DNA from: Microgenomates group bacterium
Lineage (GTDB): Bacteria; Patescibacteriota; Microgenomatia; UBA1400; MFAQ01
Assembly: GCA_049303575.1 (NCBI GenBank)
Contig: JBAQNH010000002.1
Span: 636,541-700,540, forward strand
Length of the DNA: 64,000 bases
Reading direction: 5' to 3'
Shown here: one piece after another, positions 1 to 10,179 of the stretch
Position numbering within the stretch: the first letter of the stretch is position 1
Layout: each line of letters starts with the position of its first letter
Position numbers and translations under genes: made by a program
Notes under the pieces: model-generated
Seen by the model: the letters and a program-made list of their open reading frames with translations, nothing else
Databases searched by the model: none
Told to the model about the DNA's origin: nothing

Positions 1-2619
1 AATAATACCGTCGTTTCCTCCGACGATCAAATTACTCCCGTCGTAATTGAAGACAAAAACACGGAGTGGGGCATCATTAAAAATGCTCCCATCGTCGAAG
101 AGATGGAGCGCAGTTACCTAGACTACGCCATGTCCGTTATCGTTTCTCGTGCACTTCCAGATATACGTGACGGTTTAAAACCAGTTCATCGCCGTATTCT
201 TTTTGCGATGAGAGACATGGGTATTACTCATAAAAGTGCCTACAAGAAATCAGCCCGTATTGTCGGTGAAGTCCTAGGTAAATATCATCCACATGGTGAC
301 ACCGCCGTCTACCAAACAATGGTTCGTTTGGCTCAAGACTTTTCCATGCGCTATCCTTTAGTCGATGGTCAAGGAAACTTTGGTAGTATCGACGGTGACT
401 CTGCTGCTGCCATGCGTTACACCGAAGCTCGCCTTTCCAAGATTGCTAGTGAACTTCTCGAGGACATCGACAAAAATACGGTTGATTTCGTTGACAACTT
501 TGACGGCTCACAACAAGAACCGCTTGTCCTTCCGGCCAAGCTTCCTAATCTCTTACTCATGGGTTCCGACGGTATTGCTGTCGGTATGGCCACCAAAATT
601 CCTCCGCACAATTTACTTGAAGTTGTAAGTGCCATCAACGCTTTGATTGATAAAAGCAAAGTCTCCACCACAACTCCCGTTGAAGATGCTGATCTTCACA
701 TAACAAGCTACAAAAATCTCATTGGCACACTCGAATCCGACATTGAAATAGATGAGCTTTGTCAGCACATCAAAGGACCAGACTTTCCAACTGCCGGTAT
801 CATCTATGACACCAAAGAAATAAAAAAGATGTATGACACTGGTAAAGCCAGTATCATCGTTAGGGGAGTGGCCGAGATAGTCGAAAAGAAAAATGGTCGT
901 TTCCAAATCCTCATTACCGAGCTGCCATACCAAGTAAACAAAGCCAAATTAATTACCGATATTGCCGAGTTGGTCAAAAAGAAAAGGGTTGATGGTATCT
1001 CTGATCTTCGCGACGAATCCGACAGAAAAGGTATGACTGTTGCCGTCGATCTCAAAAAAGACGCCAAGCCCAAAAGTGTTCTCAACAATCTCTACAAATA
1101 CACCGAGCTGCAAACCAGTTTTCCAGCCAATGTTGTGGCTTTGACTTCTGATGGTACTCCACACCTCTTAAATCTTAAACAAATTCTTATGGAGTTCACC
1201 GCTCACCGTCAAATGGTTGTTGTTCGTCGCTCCCAATTTGAATTGAAGTCAGCCAAAGATCGTGCCCATATTTTGAAAGGCTTACTCATAGCTCTGGCCA
1301 ATATCGATGATGTTATTGAGACCATCAAAAAGAGTCCCGACTCAGATACTGCCAGAACGAACCTAATGACAAAGTTCGGTCTCGACGAAATTCAAGCCAA
1401 CGCTATCTTGGAAATGCAACTTCGTCGTTTAGCTGCTCTTGAGCGTCAAAAGATCGAGGCCGAGTACGAAGAAATAATGAAAACAATCGACAAGTTGGTT
1501 GCTGTTCTCAAAGATCCTGAGAAGGTCTTCCAGATTATTAAAGATGAGCTCGACAAACTGGCCCTAGACTATCCGGAGAAGAGAAGGACACAGATAGTCG
1601 CTACTGCTCCTGGTTCCCTCTCAGAAGAAGACCTCATTCCCTCCGAAGAAACTATCGTCACTCTTACCAAATCCGGTTACATTAAACGCATGCCGCTTTC
1701 TACTTTCCGAACTCAGAAAAGGGGAGGTAAGGGGGTTTCCGGAATGACAATCAAAGACACCGACGAGATTCAGCTTTTAACCAACGCCAACACTCACGAT
1801 CGTCTTTTGGTATTTACCAGCAAGGGAAAAGTATTTGCTCTCAAAGTCTGGGAACTACCCGAAGGTAGTCGTATCAGTAAGGGACAAGCCATCATCAATC
1901 TCATAAACATCGAAACCGACGAAACCATCAAGAGTATTTTGCCAATGCCCAGACAGGTCGAGAAAAACCGTTTCCTTTTCTTCACTACCAAGGCTGGTGT
2001 CGTCAAACGAACAGCTCTCCTGAAATATGAAAACATCAAAAGCAACGGTTTGATCGCTATCAAACTCCAAAACAACGATAACTTAGTCTGGGTCAATCAA
2101 ACCTCTGGTTCCGACCATATACTGCTTGTTTCCAAAGATGGCAAGTCGATTCGTTTCCACGAATCGGATGTCCGACCAACCGACAGAGACACTCAGGGCG
2201 TTAGAGGTATTTTACTCAAGAACGACGACTACGTTATCTCCATGGATGTCTTTGGTCCCGAAGAACCGGTATCTACCGACAAACGTGTCAAACTGTTTAG
2301 AGACCTTCTCATCGTCACCGAAAAAGGTATGGGTAAACGTACTCCACTTCCGGAATATCCGGTACAAAACCGCTCCGGTCAAGGATTAAAGGTGTGTGAA
2401 ACGACAGACAAAACAGGTAAACTCGCCGGTGCACTTCTAGTCGACCAAGACTCCGAAGTACTACTGATCACCACTTCCCAAGGTCAAGCTATTAAACTTC
2501 CTATCAAAAATATCCCCAGACTCGGTCGAGCCACTCAAGGAGTTATCCTTATGCGCTTTGCCAAAGATGGTGATTCTGTCGCCGCCGTGACCACCGTATC
2601 CGACTCCGAAGGAGAATAG
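1..2619 (+). CDS. gyrA: DNA gyrase subunit A, 5' partial (ORF open to window start)
   Basis: [33 protein letters not shown] and the active-site region are typical of GyrA; the frame is open from base 1 and the start codon is probably upstream of the window. Confidence 0.9.
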   Translation, partial: NNTVVSSDDQITPVVIEDKNTEWGIIKNAPIVEEMERSYLDYAMSVIVSRALPDIRDGLKPVHRRILFAMRDMGITHKSAYKKSARIVGEVLGKYHPHGDTAVYQTMVRLAQDFSMRYPLVDGQGNFGSIDGDSAAAMRYTEARLSKIASELLEDIDKNTVDFVDNFDGSQQEPLVLPAKLPNLLLMGSDGIAVGMATKIPPHNLLEVVSAINALIDKSKVSTTTPVEDADLHITSYKNLIGTLESDIEIDELCQHIKGPDFPTAGIIYDTKEIKKMYDTGKASIIVRGVAEIVEKKNGRFQILITELPYQVNKAKLITDIAELVKKKRVDGISDLRDESDRKGMTVAVDLKKDAKPKSVLNNLYKYTELQTSFPANVVALTSDGTPHLLNLKQILMEFTAHRQMVVVRRSQFELKSAKDRAHILKGLLIALANIDDVIETIKKSPDSDTARTNLMTKFGLDEIQANAILEMQLRRLAALERQKIEAEYEEIMKTIDKLVAVLKDPEKVFQIIKDELDKLALDYPEKRRTQIVATAPGSLSEEDLIPSEETIVTLTKSGYIKRMPLSTFRTQKRGGKGVSGMTIKDTDEIQLLTNANTHDRLLVFTSKGKVFALKVWELPEGSRISKGQAIINLINIETDETIKSILPMPRQVEKNRFLFFTTKAGVVKRTALLKYENIKSNGLIAIKLQNNDNLVWVNQTSGSDHILLVSKDGKSIRFHESDVRPTDRDTQGVRGILLKNDDYVISMDVFGPEEPVSTDKRVKLFRDLLIVTEKGMGKRTPLPEYPVQNRSGQGLKVCETTDKTGKLAGALLVDQDSEVLLITTSQGQAIKLPIKNIPRLGRATQGVILMRFAKDGDSVAAVTTVSDSEGE

Positions 2620-2653
2620 CCATACTACACCTTCCGAGCTCAATATCCTATAG

Positions 2654-2682
2654 TTGATATTTTCGTGGTTAAATGTTATAAT
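2654..2682 (+). promoter_or_regulatory. sigma70-like promoter (TTGATA-17-TGtTATAAT) for the small ORF at 2721
   Basis: near-consensus -35/-10 with 17-bp spacer and extended -10 TG, 40 bp upstream of a GGAGGAG RBS. Confidence 0.5.
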
Positions 2683-2720
2683 TTCGACGTACTTTCCAAT
2701 CACAGTAGAGTGGAGGAGCC

Positions 2721-2948
2721 ATGGAAAAGAAGAAGATGCCGATTATTGAAAACGGGTTTTTTGTCGTAATTCCGGTAGGGGTACAGGGTGGTGTCTACGA
2801 AAATGCCATCCACCTTACCAACCTAATTAATAAATGGTGCGAAGAAAATCCAGGGAAGAAAATTGTTGGCAATCCCACATTCCACATTACTCCATCATCA
2901 GGTGGAAGAAACATCTCCATTGACTCCATCTTCTTCACCTGGAAGTAA
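2721..2948 (+). CDS. hypothetical 75-aa protein, standalone transcription unit
   Basis: strong RBS GGAGGAG 4 nt before ATG, consensus promoter upstream, intrinsic terminator downstream. Confidence 0.5.
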   Translation: MEKKKMPIIENGFFVVIPVGVQGGVYENAIHLTNLINKWCEENPGKKIVGNPTFHITPSSGGRNISIDSIFFTWK

Positions 2949-2965
2949 TTCAAGTTGTATCACCA

Positions 2966-2992
2966 AGTCCCGCCACCGCGGGACTTTTTTGT
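2966..2992 (+). terminator. rho-independent terminator
   Basis: agtcccgc-cacc-gcgggact hairpin followed by a T7 run. Confidence 0.7.
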
Positions 2993-3001
2993 GATTAATT
3001 T

Positions 3002-4588
3002 CTACTGACTAAATTCTTTTCCTCTCCCTGAAACTGGAGTAGCGCTCACTGTCGCCGTTTGAGAAACTGCTCCCAGCCGGAGAGCTAACAGAGCTGGTTC
3101 TTTGCCCATCCCGACGGGAAAAATTATTGTATCGCCTTTAACTGCTGGCCAGCCATTAATACCACCGTTGGCTTGATACTCCCAAACTTTTTCTCCGGAT
3201 ACTTTATCAAATGCATATATTTTTCCATCGAGTGTAGATGTAAACACCAAGTTATTGACTACCGTAGCTGCTCCCACATTCATTGATCCAAAAATATAGT
3301 TCCAGAGCACTCTTCCGGTTGCCGCCTCGATAGCGACAATCTCTCCTTTAGCTTTTCCAAGATCGAAAGATTTTGCTACAAACTCACTGGCGGTGTACTG
3401 CACCTCCATGTTGACAACTGGTACATAAACGACTCCATTGGAATACGCCATATTGGTTTCCACTCCTCCAAGGGGTCCTGGGGAAACCTTTGTCGCTCTA
3501 CTAGGCAGAACTTTTAAGGTATCGTTTAGGTGAGTCCCGACACTTGTCTCCCAAATCTTATCTCCAGTATTTTTATCAAAGGCATACACCTTACCCATCT
3601 TTCCCGCTCCAATAATAATATCTCTAACTTTTCCATTGGCCTTCATCGTCGATAGAATAGGGGAGATCTGAAAATCATAGTCAAATAAATCATGGGGTAG
3701 TACTTGGTTATACCAAAGAAGTTTTCCTGTTTTCTGCTCCAAAGCAACCACACTATTGGTATACAAATTCTTACCCAAACGGCTGGTTCCGTTGGGGAAC
3801 TCTGCCGTTCCCGGCCAGGGAGCTGGATTACCAATTCCCCAGTACATAATATTTTTTGTGGTGTCGATAGCTGGGGGGTACCACGCTCCACCACCGCTAT
3901 TTACCTCGACATTTCCCCAAATATCCTTACTGTCTACCGTATCAAAACTCCACAAAATCTTACCCGTTTTTTGGTCTAATGCATAAATAATTCCCGTAGA
4001 TCCACCCCTATAAAAGTTTTCATTGCTCACACCTGGAACCGTTGATACATAAACCATACCCCTGTACGCTGTTGTCTGTATATCAATACCATTATTGGGA
4101 TTACTGGACAGAGTCGTCGTCCAAAGTTCCTCTCCTTGTAAATTTAAACCAACAACACTGTAACGTCCTTTAACTGCAAAAATCATTCCGGAATCAACCG
4201 ACACTCCGTTTGGTCCGGCATTGTCCAGATTGTAATCTTTTACCCAGATCTTTTCCCCGGTCTTAAAATCTACCGCGTAAACGTTACTTTTCAAATCTTG
4301 AAAATACACCACATTCCCGATAATTAGTGGATTAGTTGCTACCGCACCCCATTCACTCACTCCCTTAATGGGTAAGGACCAAGCCACACCCAAACCAGAC
4401 ACATTATCCATGACAATTCCGGAGTTTACCGCCTCTCTCGTGTTGGATAAATTTTGATTTGCACTTGGCCAATCACCGGCAATATTTCTCATTCCCTGGG
4501 TAAAGAAAAAGTATATTCCCAGGAGGATAACCACTAGTAACAATACCGTCGTGTTTCCCTTTTTTGGATTCAATTTCTTCGTTGCCAT
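3002..4588 (-). CDS. PQQ-like beta-propeller repeat protein with N-terminal TM anchor (BamB/quinoprotein-type repeats)
   Basis: N-terminal hydrophobic helix; repeated motifs such as YALDQKTGKILW, VYAVDFKTGEKIW, IYAFDKVSGEKVW typical of PQQ-type propeller blades. Confidence 0.7.
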   Translation of the reverse strand: MATKKLNPKKGNTTVLLLVVILLGIYFFFTQGMRNIAGDWPSANQNLSNTREAVNSGIVMDNVSGLGVAWSLPIKGVSEWGAVATNPLIIGNVVYFQDLKSNVYAVDFKTGEKIWVKDYNLDNAGPNGVSVDSGMIFAVKGRYSVVGLNLQGEELWTTTLSSNPNNGIDIQTTAYRGMVYVSTVPGVSNENFYRGGSTGIIYALDQKTGKILWSFDTVDSKDIWGNVEVNSGGGAWYPPAIDTTKNIMYWGIGNPAPWPGTAEFPNGTSRLGKNLYTNSVVALEQKTGKLLWYNQVLPHDLFDYDFQISPILSTMKANGKVRDIIIGAGKMGKVYAFDKNTGDKIWETSVGTHLNDTLKVLPSRATKVSPGPLGGVETNMAYSNGVVYVPVVNMEVQYTASEFVAKSFDLGKAKGEIVAIEAATGRVLWNYIFGSMNVGAATVVNNLVFTSTLDGKIYAFDKVSGEKVWEYQANGGINGWPAVKGDTIIFPVGMGKEPALLALRLGAVSQTATVSATPVSGRGKEFSQ

Positions 4589-4597
4589 GGTATGTGG

Positions 4598-4996
4598 TTA
4601 TTTAGTTACAATGATCGTCGCACGCATAAAGGGATGAATTCCACATATATATGTATACGTTCCTTCTTTTGTAAAAGTGAAGCTATATTTCTGACCGGTC
4701 GCCATTCTCGGACTTACAAAGGATCCGTCGTCACTTATCACATCATGAAGATAGCTTTCCTGGTTTACCCAAGTAACTGTTTCACCTAGTTTTATCGTCA
4801 TCGTGTCGGGAATAAATGTGTTTTGTCGAATCAGTATCTCTCCCTTAATTGCCACCGTTGGGGTAATAACTGTTTCTGCGGTTTCGGGTGACACCTTGTT
4901 TTGTTTGGGGTACATTTTCATGTACCAATACCAACCGAGAACCACCAATACCACAAAAATCACTGCAAATATAAAACCATCCTTTTTTACCGCCAT
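4598..4996 (-). CDS. cupredoxin (type-1 blue copper protein, amicyanin/plastocyanin-like) with N-terminal TM helix
   Basis: C-terminal ligand motif YICGIHPFMRATIIV (Cys-x2-His-x2-Met as in amicyanin CTPHPFM) plus upstream His (SYLHDV); 9 bp upstream of the propeller gene. Confidence 0.7.
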   Translation of the reverse strand: MAVKKDGFIFAVIFVVLVVLGWYWYMKMYPKQNKVSPETAETVITPTVAIKGEILIRQNTFIPDTMTIKLGETVTWVNQESYLHDVISDDGSFVSPRMATGQKYSFTFTKEGTYTYICGIHPFMRATIIVTK

Positions 4997-5074
4997 ACAC
5001 TTTTATTATTATTAATGCTGTCCAATATAATAATAACACTACTTTTGTAAGAATTCTTATACTTTCCAGGGTAA

Positions 5075-6022
5075 TTACTTCAAATATTTATCGTGAATCT
5101 GTTTTAGTTGGGGATTGGTTACGTGAGTGTATATCTGTGTCGTAGCCACATTCTTGTGTCCCAACATTTCCTGAACACTTCGCAGATCCGCACCTTGTTG
5201 AAGTAGGGTTGTGGCAAAAGAATGTCTCAGTACGTGTGGACTAACTTTAATAGGTAACCCTGCAACCCGACGATACTTCTCTACAATTCTCTGAATTCCC
5301 CGAATCGACAAACGTGCTCTTTCTCCTCCCATTCCCGGATCCCATTCACCACTTTTGGGGATTCGAATCCACAACGCCCGATAAGGATCGGTTCGAGTCG
5401 TCAGATATCGGTTTAACCATTGCGCCGAACGATCGGTGAGGAATACTACTCTTGCTCGCCGCCCCTTGCCAATTATGCCAAACTCTCGTTGTTTCAAATC
5501 AATTTTATCGATATCCAGCTTAGCTATCTCCGATACACGCATGCCGGTCGAAAACAATATCTCTAGTATCGCTTTATCTCGCAGCCCAGCCATGGTCGAG
5601 GTATCCGGAGACGTCAATAATCGCTCCACTTGATCTCTATCCAAAAACTTAATTCGGTGTTCTTCACCCTTAGGTAAATCTACTTTCTCTGGTGACAAAG
5701 TTTTGATGCCTTTTTTCGCACAATACTTTAAAAACGCACGCAGGGAGATCACATAATAACTTTGGGTGGTAGGGGAGAGACGTTTACCATGAACATCCTC
5801 AAAGCGGCTTAAATGAAGTCTGTATCTGCGCACCATCTCACTGGTTAGCTTTTCAATGTATTCTTGAGCATAATGTTTTTCAAACCAATCGCGAAACATT
5901 TTCAGGTAGTGGGAGTAGTTGCGAATGGTGAACTTACTGTAGTTCTTTTCTACCTCGATGTAGCTTAAATACCTCTTAATGTGGACTCTTAGGGTTAAAT
6001 CGGACGCTTGTTTCTTTGCCAT
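5075..6022 (-). CDS. tyrosine site-specific recombinase, XerC/XerD family
   Basis: RDKAILEILFSTGMRVSE...GKGRRARVV...HVLRHSFATTLLQQGADLRSVQEMLGHKNVATTQIYTH catalytic-domain signature. Confidence 0.85.
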   Translation of the reverse strand: MAKKQASDLTLRVHIKRYLSYIEVEKNYSKFTIRNYSHYLKMFRDWFEKHYAQEYIEKLTSEMVRRYRLHLSRFEDVHGKRLSPTTQSYYVISLRAFLKYCAKKGIKTLSPEKVDLPKGEEHRIKFLDRDQVERLLTSPDTSTMAGLRDKAILEILFSTGMRVSEIAKLDIDKIDLKQREFGIIGKGRRARVVFLTDRSAQWLNRYLTTRTDPYRALWIRIPKSGEWDPGMGGERARLSIRGIQRIVEKYRRVAGLPIKVSPHVLRHSFATTLLQQGADLRSVQEMLGHKNVATTQIYTHVTNPQLKQIHDKYLK

Positions 6023-6266
6023 CTATATTCATCATAGCAAATTATTGTGCGACGTTACTGATACAAACCCACGGTATACAACAAAAGGAACCAACGTTCT
6101 TGAAAACTAGTAATTTACCTCTAAGAAGCATTTGCATTTACCGCAAATGTCGAAACTAAAGTCATAAATTATTAAATAAAAACACAGATAATTTTCACAC
6201 CGTGGAAAATAGGGGATAAGAAGTAGGGGAGAAGCAAAACAATTTTACAAAATCTAAGTCAAAAAG

Positions 6267-6275
6267 TTATCCACA
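6267..6275 (+). promoter_or_regulatory. perfect DnaA box TTATCCACA
   Basis: exact 9-mer consensus in the AT-rich non-coding region. Confidence 0.45.
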
Positions 6276-6988
6276 ACCAAAAAAATAAATTCTTTGCGGA
6301 AAAAGAAATTTGTAAAATATAAATTATTTTCCCTTAATAAATATTTAAAAATATTAATTAAATATTCACAAAATAAAATACAGATCTACGTGTACCTAAT
6401 TCACTTAATTAAAGCGTCATTAAAACATAATTGACCACAAACACACTCTCTCTTTAGTCTATTAAAGAAACTCCAAACCTCATCTAAAAACCCTAAAAAT
6501 ACCGGTCCGTACAATGCCCCTAAAACGGCTTCTGGAACTTTTTGTGGGTACTTTATCATGGGCTATTAGCCTTAACTTTTCGGGTTTATCTATAGATAAG
6601 CTCAAAATGAGGCTGGCAGGCACAAACCCCAAAAGAATGACGAGAAAGGTACCGTAGGGGAGCTCAAACCAAAAACTCTTCGGGATTATGTACGAAACTT
6701 GATGATGGGTGAATATATATCGTCCGGTGCCCAACTGTGTGAGTTACGTCGCAAAAGTGTTATTGTGCGACGTATCAGATATCATTCTTCTCCACCAGCA
6801 CTTAAAACAAAACAGGGAAGTGCAGAAGAATAACTTTCTCCTATCTCCCAATCAACACTGCAAAACTCATCAACAATAAATATTTAATTATTATTAATTA
6901 ATGATTAAGTTGAACCCTCTCTCCGGATCGACCTGTCGTGTTTTCTTCATTCTTTTGCCAACCATATCAAACCCACTCACCTAGCAAG

Positions 6989-6997
6989 TTATCCACA
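6989..6997 (+). promoter_or_regulatory. perfect DnaA box TTATCCACA (second copy, same orientation)
   Basis: exact 9-mer consensus; shares the 12-mer AAGTTATCCACA with the first copy. Confidence 0.45.
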
Positions 6998-7159
6998 TGA
7001 CTGCCAAATTTCGTGAAAACTTCCCTATTTCGTGAAAACTATTATAGGTCTCTAGTTATAGGATATATTATTATAGGCCTTATATTCATCTCCCTCTCCC
7101 CCTTTTCCCATCACAACAAAATATTTTTACGACACCAATATAAAAGAATAATTTATTCT

Positions 7160-7984
7160 CTATCCCACCCAGGACGTCGTCAGGAATCCCACCACAATAA
7201 TGATTAATACCGTCACCCCATACTCCAGCAGGCTTTCTAGGTATACCCTATTAGACAGTCGCTGTTCCAAGATGCCAAATAATGCGTAAAGTCCCGAAGT
7301 TAAAATGAGCCCACCCATAAATGGTTTGATCGGCCAAAAACAAAGCACTCCAGACAAAATGGCAATTACAAAACTGGACGACACGGCATATCTCCAAACC
7401 TGAGGTCCAAAATCATTCTTTAAATCAACGCTCCACAGACTTGGATAAGCCAGTACAAAAGACACTGCAAACGATATTGGAACCACCCACCAAAAAGCAA
7501 GTTTCAAACTCAAGGCAACGGTAAAGAAAAATAAAGAGGTTACCAGGGTCAGAATGAAGTTAACCGAACGGGCAGCACGAAATAGTTGGATTGTCCTAAT
7601 TGAAGCCACCGAGAAAATATTTTCAATCAACAATATACTGTACAAACCCAATCCTACCAATAGAAAATATACGATCTTGAAAATTCCCGCCAAAAGCTGT
7701 GATGTTTCCACCGACAAAGTTCGGCCAAACATACCGGGAAACGCAGTTGGCAAAAAATTTGAAAATAATCCGCTTCCCAGAGTAAACATCATCGGCAAAA
7801 CAATCAAGGTAATCCACTCAATGCCCTTCAGATCGTCAAACAAGACCCAAACGGACAAGATGTAAGAAACCGCAGCGACTGCCAGAACCAAGCCAAATCG
7901 ATAGTCTACTTGAGCCAAGCTGGTTAACCATAAGAAAAACGCAATCAATGTACTAATCAAAATAAACTTTGTTCTTTTAGACAT
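7160..7984 (-). CDS. hypothetical polytopic membrane protein
   Basis: 274 aa with many hydrophobic helices; no recognisable motif. Confidence 0.5.
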   Translation of the reverse strand: MSKRTKFILISTLIAFFLWLTSLAQVDYRFGLVLAVAAVSYILSVWVLFDDLKGIEWITLIVLPMMFTLGSGLFSNFLPTAFPGMFGRTLSVETSQLLAGIFKIVYFLLVGLGLYSILLIENIFSVASIRTIQLFRAARSVNFILTLVTSLFFFTVALSLKLAFWWVVPISFAVSFVLAYPSLWSVDLKNDFGPQVWRYAVSSSFVIAILSGVLCFWPIKPFMGGLILTSGLYALFGILEQRLSNRVYLESLLEYGVTVLIIIVVGFLTTSWVG

Positions 7985-7986
7985 AT

Positions 7987-8511
7987 TTACTCAAGATTCG
8001 ACCAAATATCGACCACGTCATCAAGGTCGTTTAAAGCTTCCAACAGCTCTTCCGTTCTAATTTTAGTTTCCTCATCAAGCTTGATCATTGGTATCGGGGA
8101 AATCGACTTCATATAAGAGACAGATCCCGGACCTCCCATTTTTGCTTCGTGTTTATTCAAGACTGAGTTTATTTCTGCAGCTGTCCTGTTTCGGTTATCG
8201 GACACGGCCGTAATCAAAATTCCCACACCTTCACGACTATATGCCTCGTAAACTACTTCTTCGGAAATATTTTCCCCACCGGCGCCCAAACCTTTTTCAA
8301 TTGCCCGCTTAATGTTTTCCATCGGCATGTTAACTGCTCTGGCTTCGTCGACACAAGCCCTCAAAAAAGGATTGCCATTAATATCACCAGAACCACCCTT
8401 TTTAACGGCTATATGAATCTTTTTTGCAATTTTTGTAAAAACCGCACCGCGTTTATTATCTTCAATCGCTTTTTGATGTTTTATGGTGGACCACTTGGAA
8501 TGACCGGACAT
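7987..8511 (-). CDS. yebC: YebC/PmpR-family probable transcriptional regulator (short form)
   Basis: N-terminus MSGHSKWSTIKHQKAIEDNKRG is the YebC/TACO1 signature. Confidence 0.8.
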   Translation of the reverse strand: MSGHSKWSTIKHQKAIEDNKRGAVFTKIAKKIHIAVKKGGSGDINGNPFLRACVDEARAVNMPMENIKRAIEKGLGAGGENISEEVVYEAYSREGVGILITAVSDNRNRTAAEINSVLNKHEAKMGGPGSVSYMKSISPIPMIKLDEETKIRTEELLEALNDLDDVVDIWSNLE

Positions 8512-9286
8512 GTCTCAATTCTACCAAACAATCTACAGCTTGACATTAGACATATTTATCTTTAATATGGCTTCCAGCATGAACAATGATTCTACGCACG
8601 ATTTAACACAGGAAGCAATAAAAGCCGCCGTCAGTAAAAACTGGAACGAAGCCGTAAACCTAAACACCAAAATTTTGGAAGCATATCCCGAAGACATCTC
8701 AACCCTAAATCGTCTTGGTATCTCCTACTCCATGATCGGTAAAAACAAAAAGGCAGAAGAAAACTTTAATAAAGTTCTCAAGATCGACACCCACAACCCC
8801 ATCGCTAAAAACAACTTAGTCCGCTTAAAGGCCAACAAGACTACCGGCCTTTTAAACCCCTTCACCCAAACAGTCAGCTTTATTGAAGAGCCGGGTAAAT
8901 CAAAAGTTGTTCCCCTTGTCAGTCAGGCCGAACCAAAGATTTTTTCCGCTCTTAATATAGGTGAACCTGTCGAACTGGAAAACTGCAAACACAAAGTAAA
9001 GGTTTCCGATATGAAAAATATCTTTATTGGCTATCTCCCCGATAATATTTCCCATCGCCTTCTCCAGCTTCTGAAATCCGGCTACAAATATAAAACCGTT
9101 ATGAAGTCTGTCAATCCCAAAACCCCCCAGGTGTTCATTCAGGAAACACATGCCGCCAAGCGTCTTAAGGGTGTTCCCTCGTTTCCTCTTGACGACAATG
9201 AAATTCTTCCCTCTCTCTCCGCCGGAGAGTCAAGCGAACTTCCTCCTCTGGAAATCTACGACCCTCTTATGGGTGAAGAAGGTTAA
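8510..9286 (+). CDS. TPR-repeat protein (start more likely at the Met around 8567)
   Basis: TPR-like repeats (EAYPEDISTLNRLGISYSMIGKNKKAEENFNKVLKIDTHNP). Confidence 0.5.
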   Translation: MSQFYQTIYSLTLDIFIFNMASSMNNDSTHDLTQEAIKAAVSKNWNEAVNLNTKILEAYPEDISTLNRLGISYSMIGKNKKAEENFNKVLKIDTHNPIAKNNLVRLKANKTTGLLNPFTQTVSFIEEPGKSKVVPLVSQAEPKIFSALNIGEPVELENCKHKVKVSDMKNIFIGYLPDNISHRLLQLLKSGYKYKTVMKSVNPKTPQVFIQETHAAKRLKGVPSFPLDDNEILPSLSAGESSELPPLEIYDPLMGEEG

Positions 9287-9288
9287 AT

Positions 9289-10179
9289 TTATTTTATCCA
9301 AATCCTCACTTTTCCGTCTGCATCTACAGACTCCGGTCGAGCAATTTTTGTACAACCAACTTGTTCCTTCAATACTTTTTCGGTCATCTCGTATCTCCTA
9401 TCCGTACTATACAAACAACCCTTTTTCCCCTCGTCTACATTTTCCTCCATATCAGCCTTCAGCTCAATTACATGCATCCCGGCTGACTCCAGTTGATTAG
9501 CCAAAACACTCCCCAACCCAGTAATTCCTGACACATTATTAATTGATATATCCGCATTTTCATCGAGTATAGGTTCAACAACAAACTTATTTTTTGTCCA
9601 CAAACTCATCGTCTGATTAAACTCTTTAAACTCTTTCCCGTCAGGATCCGTTACTTTATCAAACACCGACTCCGGTATCGTCATTTCCAACACTTTTTTG
9701 GACTTTACTGCGTCGGCCATAAACTGTCTAATAAGCATTCTGTCACGGATACTTAAATCAGTTTTTAAGCTTATCGAAAACATTTCCCCCAGTACGTTTT
9801 CTATTGCCGAAACCTCATCAATTTTAATAGTCCTCGAAATTACCACTCCCATTGCCTGACCCAAAGACTTTTCCATATTTTCATAGGGTTTCTTTTCCGA
9901 TACTCCGTAATTCCACACCGACACAAGAGGGTAACGTGCTTCGGAATTAAATACTTTTATTCGAATATTTTCCGACATGTTTATCCAACCAACCATTTCC
10001 TCTTCCGGTCGGAGTAACAATACACTTACACTTTCCTCCCCCACTATTGCCACATTAAGACCCATTTTTGGGCTGTAGACTCCCCTTCTGGTCACATCAT
10101 AAACAAGCAATCCCAAAAGCACTACTAAAAATGTACTCCCCAATATCAATAATAGTTTGTCTTTAATACTCGCCTCCAT
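9289..10179 (-). CDS. hypothetical membrane-anchored protein (possible LytR_C-like domain)
   Basis: N-terminal TM helix; no strong motif; the domain guess is weak. Confidence 0.35.
   Translation of the reverse strand: MEASIKDKLLLILGSTFLVVLLGLLVYDVTRRGVYSPKMGLNVAIVGEESVSVLLLRPEEEMVGWINMSENIRIKVFNSEARYPLVSVWNYGVSEKKPYENMEKSLGQAMGVVISRTIKIDEVSAIENVLGEMFSISLKTDLSIRDRMLIRQFMADAVKSKKVLEMTIPESVFDKVTDPDGKEFKEFNQTMSLWTKNKFVVEPILDENADISINNVSGITGLGSVLANQLESAGMHVIELKADMEENVDEGKKGCLYSTDRRYEMTEKVLKEQVGCTKIARPESVDADGKVRIWIK

Noticed and set aside
365-1164. Numerous antisense or alternative-frame ORFs inside large genes (for example 365..628, 613..933, 10428..10931, 23318..24058, 35196..35783, 44142..44534)
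   Set aside because: These are shadow ORFs lying fully within well-supported genes; they have no independent signals and show low-complexity or compositional-bias translations.
6480-6734. 84-aa ORF inside the AT-rich region as a gene
   Set aside because: It needs a TTG start, has no RBS, and overlaps the repeat/palindrome at 6745..6774. It is more likely non-coding, although a small membrane peptide cannot be excluded.
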